Shown: piece by piece, positions 16,734 through 17,352 of the stretch
Layout: each line of letters begins with the position of its first letter
How positions within the stretch are numbered: position 1 is the stretch's first letter
Origin: an uncultured bacterium
Lineage (GTDB): Bacteria > Lernaellota > Lernaellaia > Lernaellales > Lernaellaceae
Reading direction: 5' to 3'
DNA: 17,352 nucleotides
Assembly (NCBI GenBank): GCA_964534375.1
Contig: CAZHPN010000134.1
Coordinates: 1 to 17,352 of the forward strand
Translations under genes and position numbers: made by a program
Notes under the pieces: generated by a model
Seen by the model: only the letters and a program-made list of their open reading frames with translations
Told to the model about the DNA's origin: nothing
Database searches by the model: none

Positions 16734-16806
16734 AACCACAGAGGCGCAGAGGGCACAGAGAAAAAATCAATAAAAAGCCTCCGTGTTCTCTGTCGCTGTG
16801 TGGTGA
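16734..16806. repeat. Second CACAGAG-family inverted repeat element
   Basis: accacagaggcgcagagggcacagag, A-rich loop, ctccgtgttctctgtcgctgtgtggt. Confidence 0.8.
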
Positions 16807-16956
16807 ACTTCCCCCTCGTTCTTCGTCAATTTCCTCCCGCGGAAAACAGCGGGCCGGCGCATTTTTTTCTGCGCGCAAATCGACGAAAATGCGCGGAAAT
16901 CGCCAAGACATTGAAATTGTGAGTTATTTCGTCGCTGTTCCAGAGTTAATGCGCTG

Positions 16957-16985
16957 TTGACTTTTGGTTTTCGGTCCGTTATAAA
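16957..16985 (+). promoter_or_regulatory. Sigma70 promoter of the downstream lipoprotein gene
   Basis: TTGACT (16957-16962), 17 nt, TATAAA (16980-16985). Confidence 0.7.
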
Positions 16986-17065
16986 CGAACCCGGGTGGGA
17001 GACTTATTCCCGACTAAAAGGCTTGTTCTAATAGCGGTAACGAAGTAACTTTACCAGGAGGTTCA

Positions 17066-17352
17066 ATGATGAAGAACATGCGTTTGGCAATCCTAGTGCT
17101 CGCGGTCTTCGCGAGCCTGTTGGCGTTTGCGTGCGCCAGCACCTCTAGCAGCAGCAGCGCCGCCGCGCCGGATGACGACGACGACACGTCGCCGACCGTC
17201 GACGACGACAGCTCGCCGACCGTCGACGACGACGACGACAACGACGACGACTCCTCGCCGCCGGTTGACGACGACAACGACACTGTGGTCGACGACGACG
17301 ACGACAACGACGACAACGACGACAACGACGACAACGACGACAACGACGACAA
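17066..17352 (+). CDS. Asp-rich lipoprotein, N-terminal part (runs off the window; absent from the ORF track)
   Basis: AGGAGG RBS; MMKNMRLAILVLAVFASLLAFA-C lipobox; then Ser-rich segment, DDDDDTSPTVDDDSSPTV... and (DDN)n. Start is 17066 or 17069. Confidence 0.85.
   Translation, partial: MMKNMRLAILVLAVFASLLAFACASTSSSSSAAAPDDDDDTSPTVDDDSSPTVDDDDDNDDDSSPPVDDDNDTVVDDDDDNDDNDDNDDNDDNDD
17171..17352 (+). repeat. Coding low-complexity repeats (DDDxSPxV units and GACGACAAC 9-mers)
   Basis: Directly visible; a perfect gacgacaac array runs to the window end. Confidence 0.9.

Noticed and set aside
16990..17060. Possible riboswitch in the lipoprotein leader (two small hairpins)
   Set aside because: I cannot match it to any aptamer consensus and the stems are short; an Rfam search would be needed.
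17014..17352. Minus-strand Ser-rich ORF
   Set aside because: Antisense of the Asp-rich lipoprotein, which has the promoter, RBS and lipobox on the + strand.

Overview
GC-rich bacterial chromosomal window. The protein families (IHF-like protein, AgmX/PglI-type TonB-C domain, poly-Asp linkers) suggest a deltaproteobacteria-like lineage; this is inference only. From left to right it holds: the end of a CDS plus terminator; a repeat-rich spacer; a tiny Asp-repeat lipoprotein; a polytopic membrane protein; two paralogous SnoaL/ester-cyclase-like genes around a secreted DUF2961/GH172 protein ending in poly-Asp...GGCGC; a 24-aa membrane sORF; a secreted thermonuclease-like protein with degenerate catalytic motifs; an IHF/HU gene, sucC and sucD; an AgmX/PglI-domain protein; a Zn-knuckle/TM/EF-hand-like hypothetical; a sulfate-activation operon (RHH regulator, sat, AlkP-superfamily enzyme, cysC); and a truncated second Asp-rich lipoprotein. 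Three signals stand out. (1) The unrelated RHH regulator and APS kinase share a C-terminal EE..IKxRLxxLGYL tag that the co-encoded AlkP enzyme lacks, a candidate docking-tag system for PAPS-dependent chemistry. (2) Poly-Asp + GGCGC-stop is a candidate C-terminal sorting or lipidation signal. (3) Several families of 7- and 9-nt-period inverted repeat elements sit in the intergenic spaces, two copies flanking cysC.
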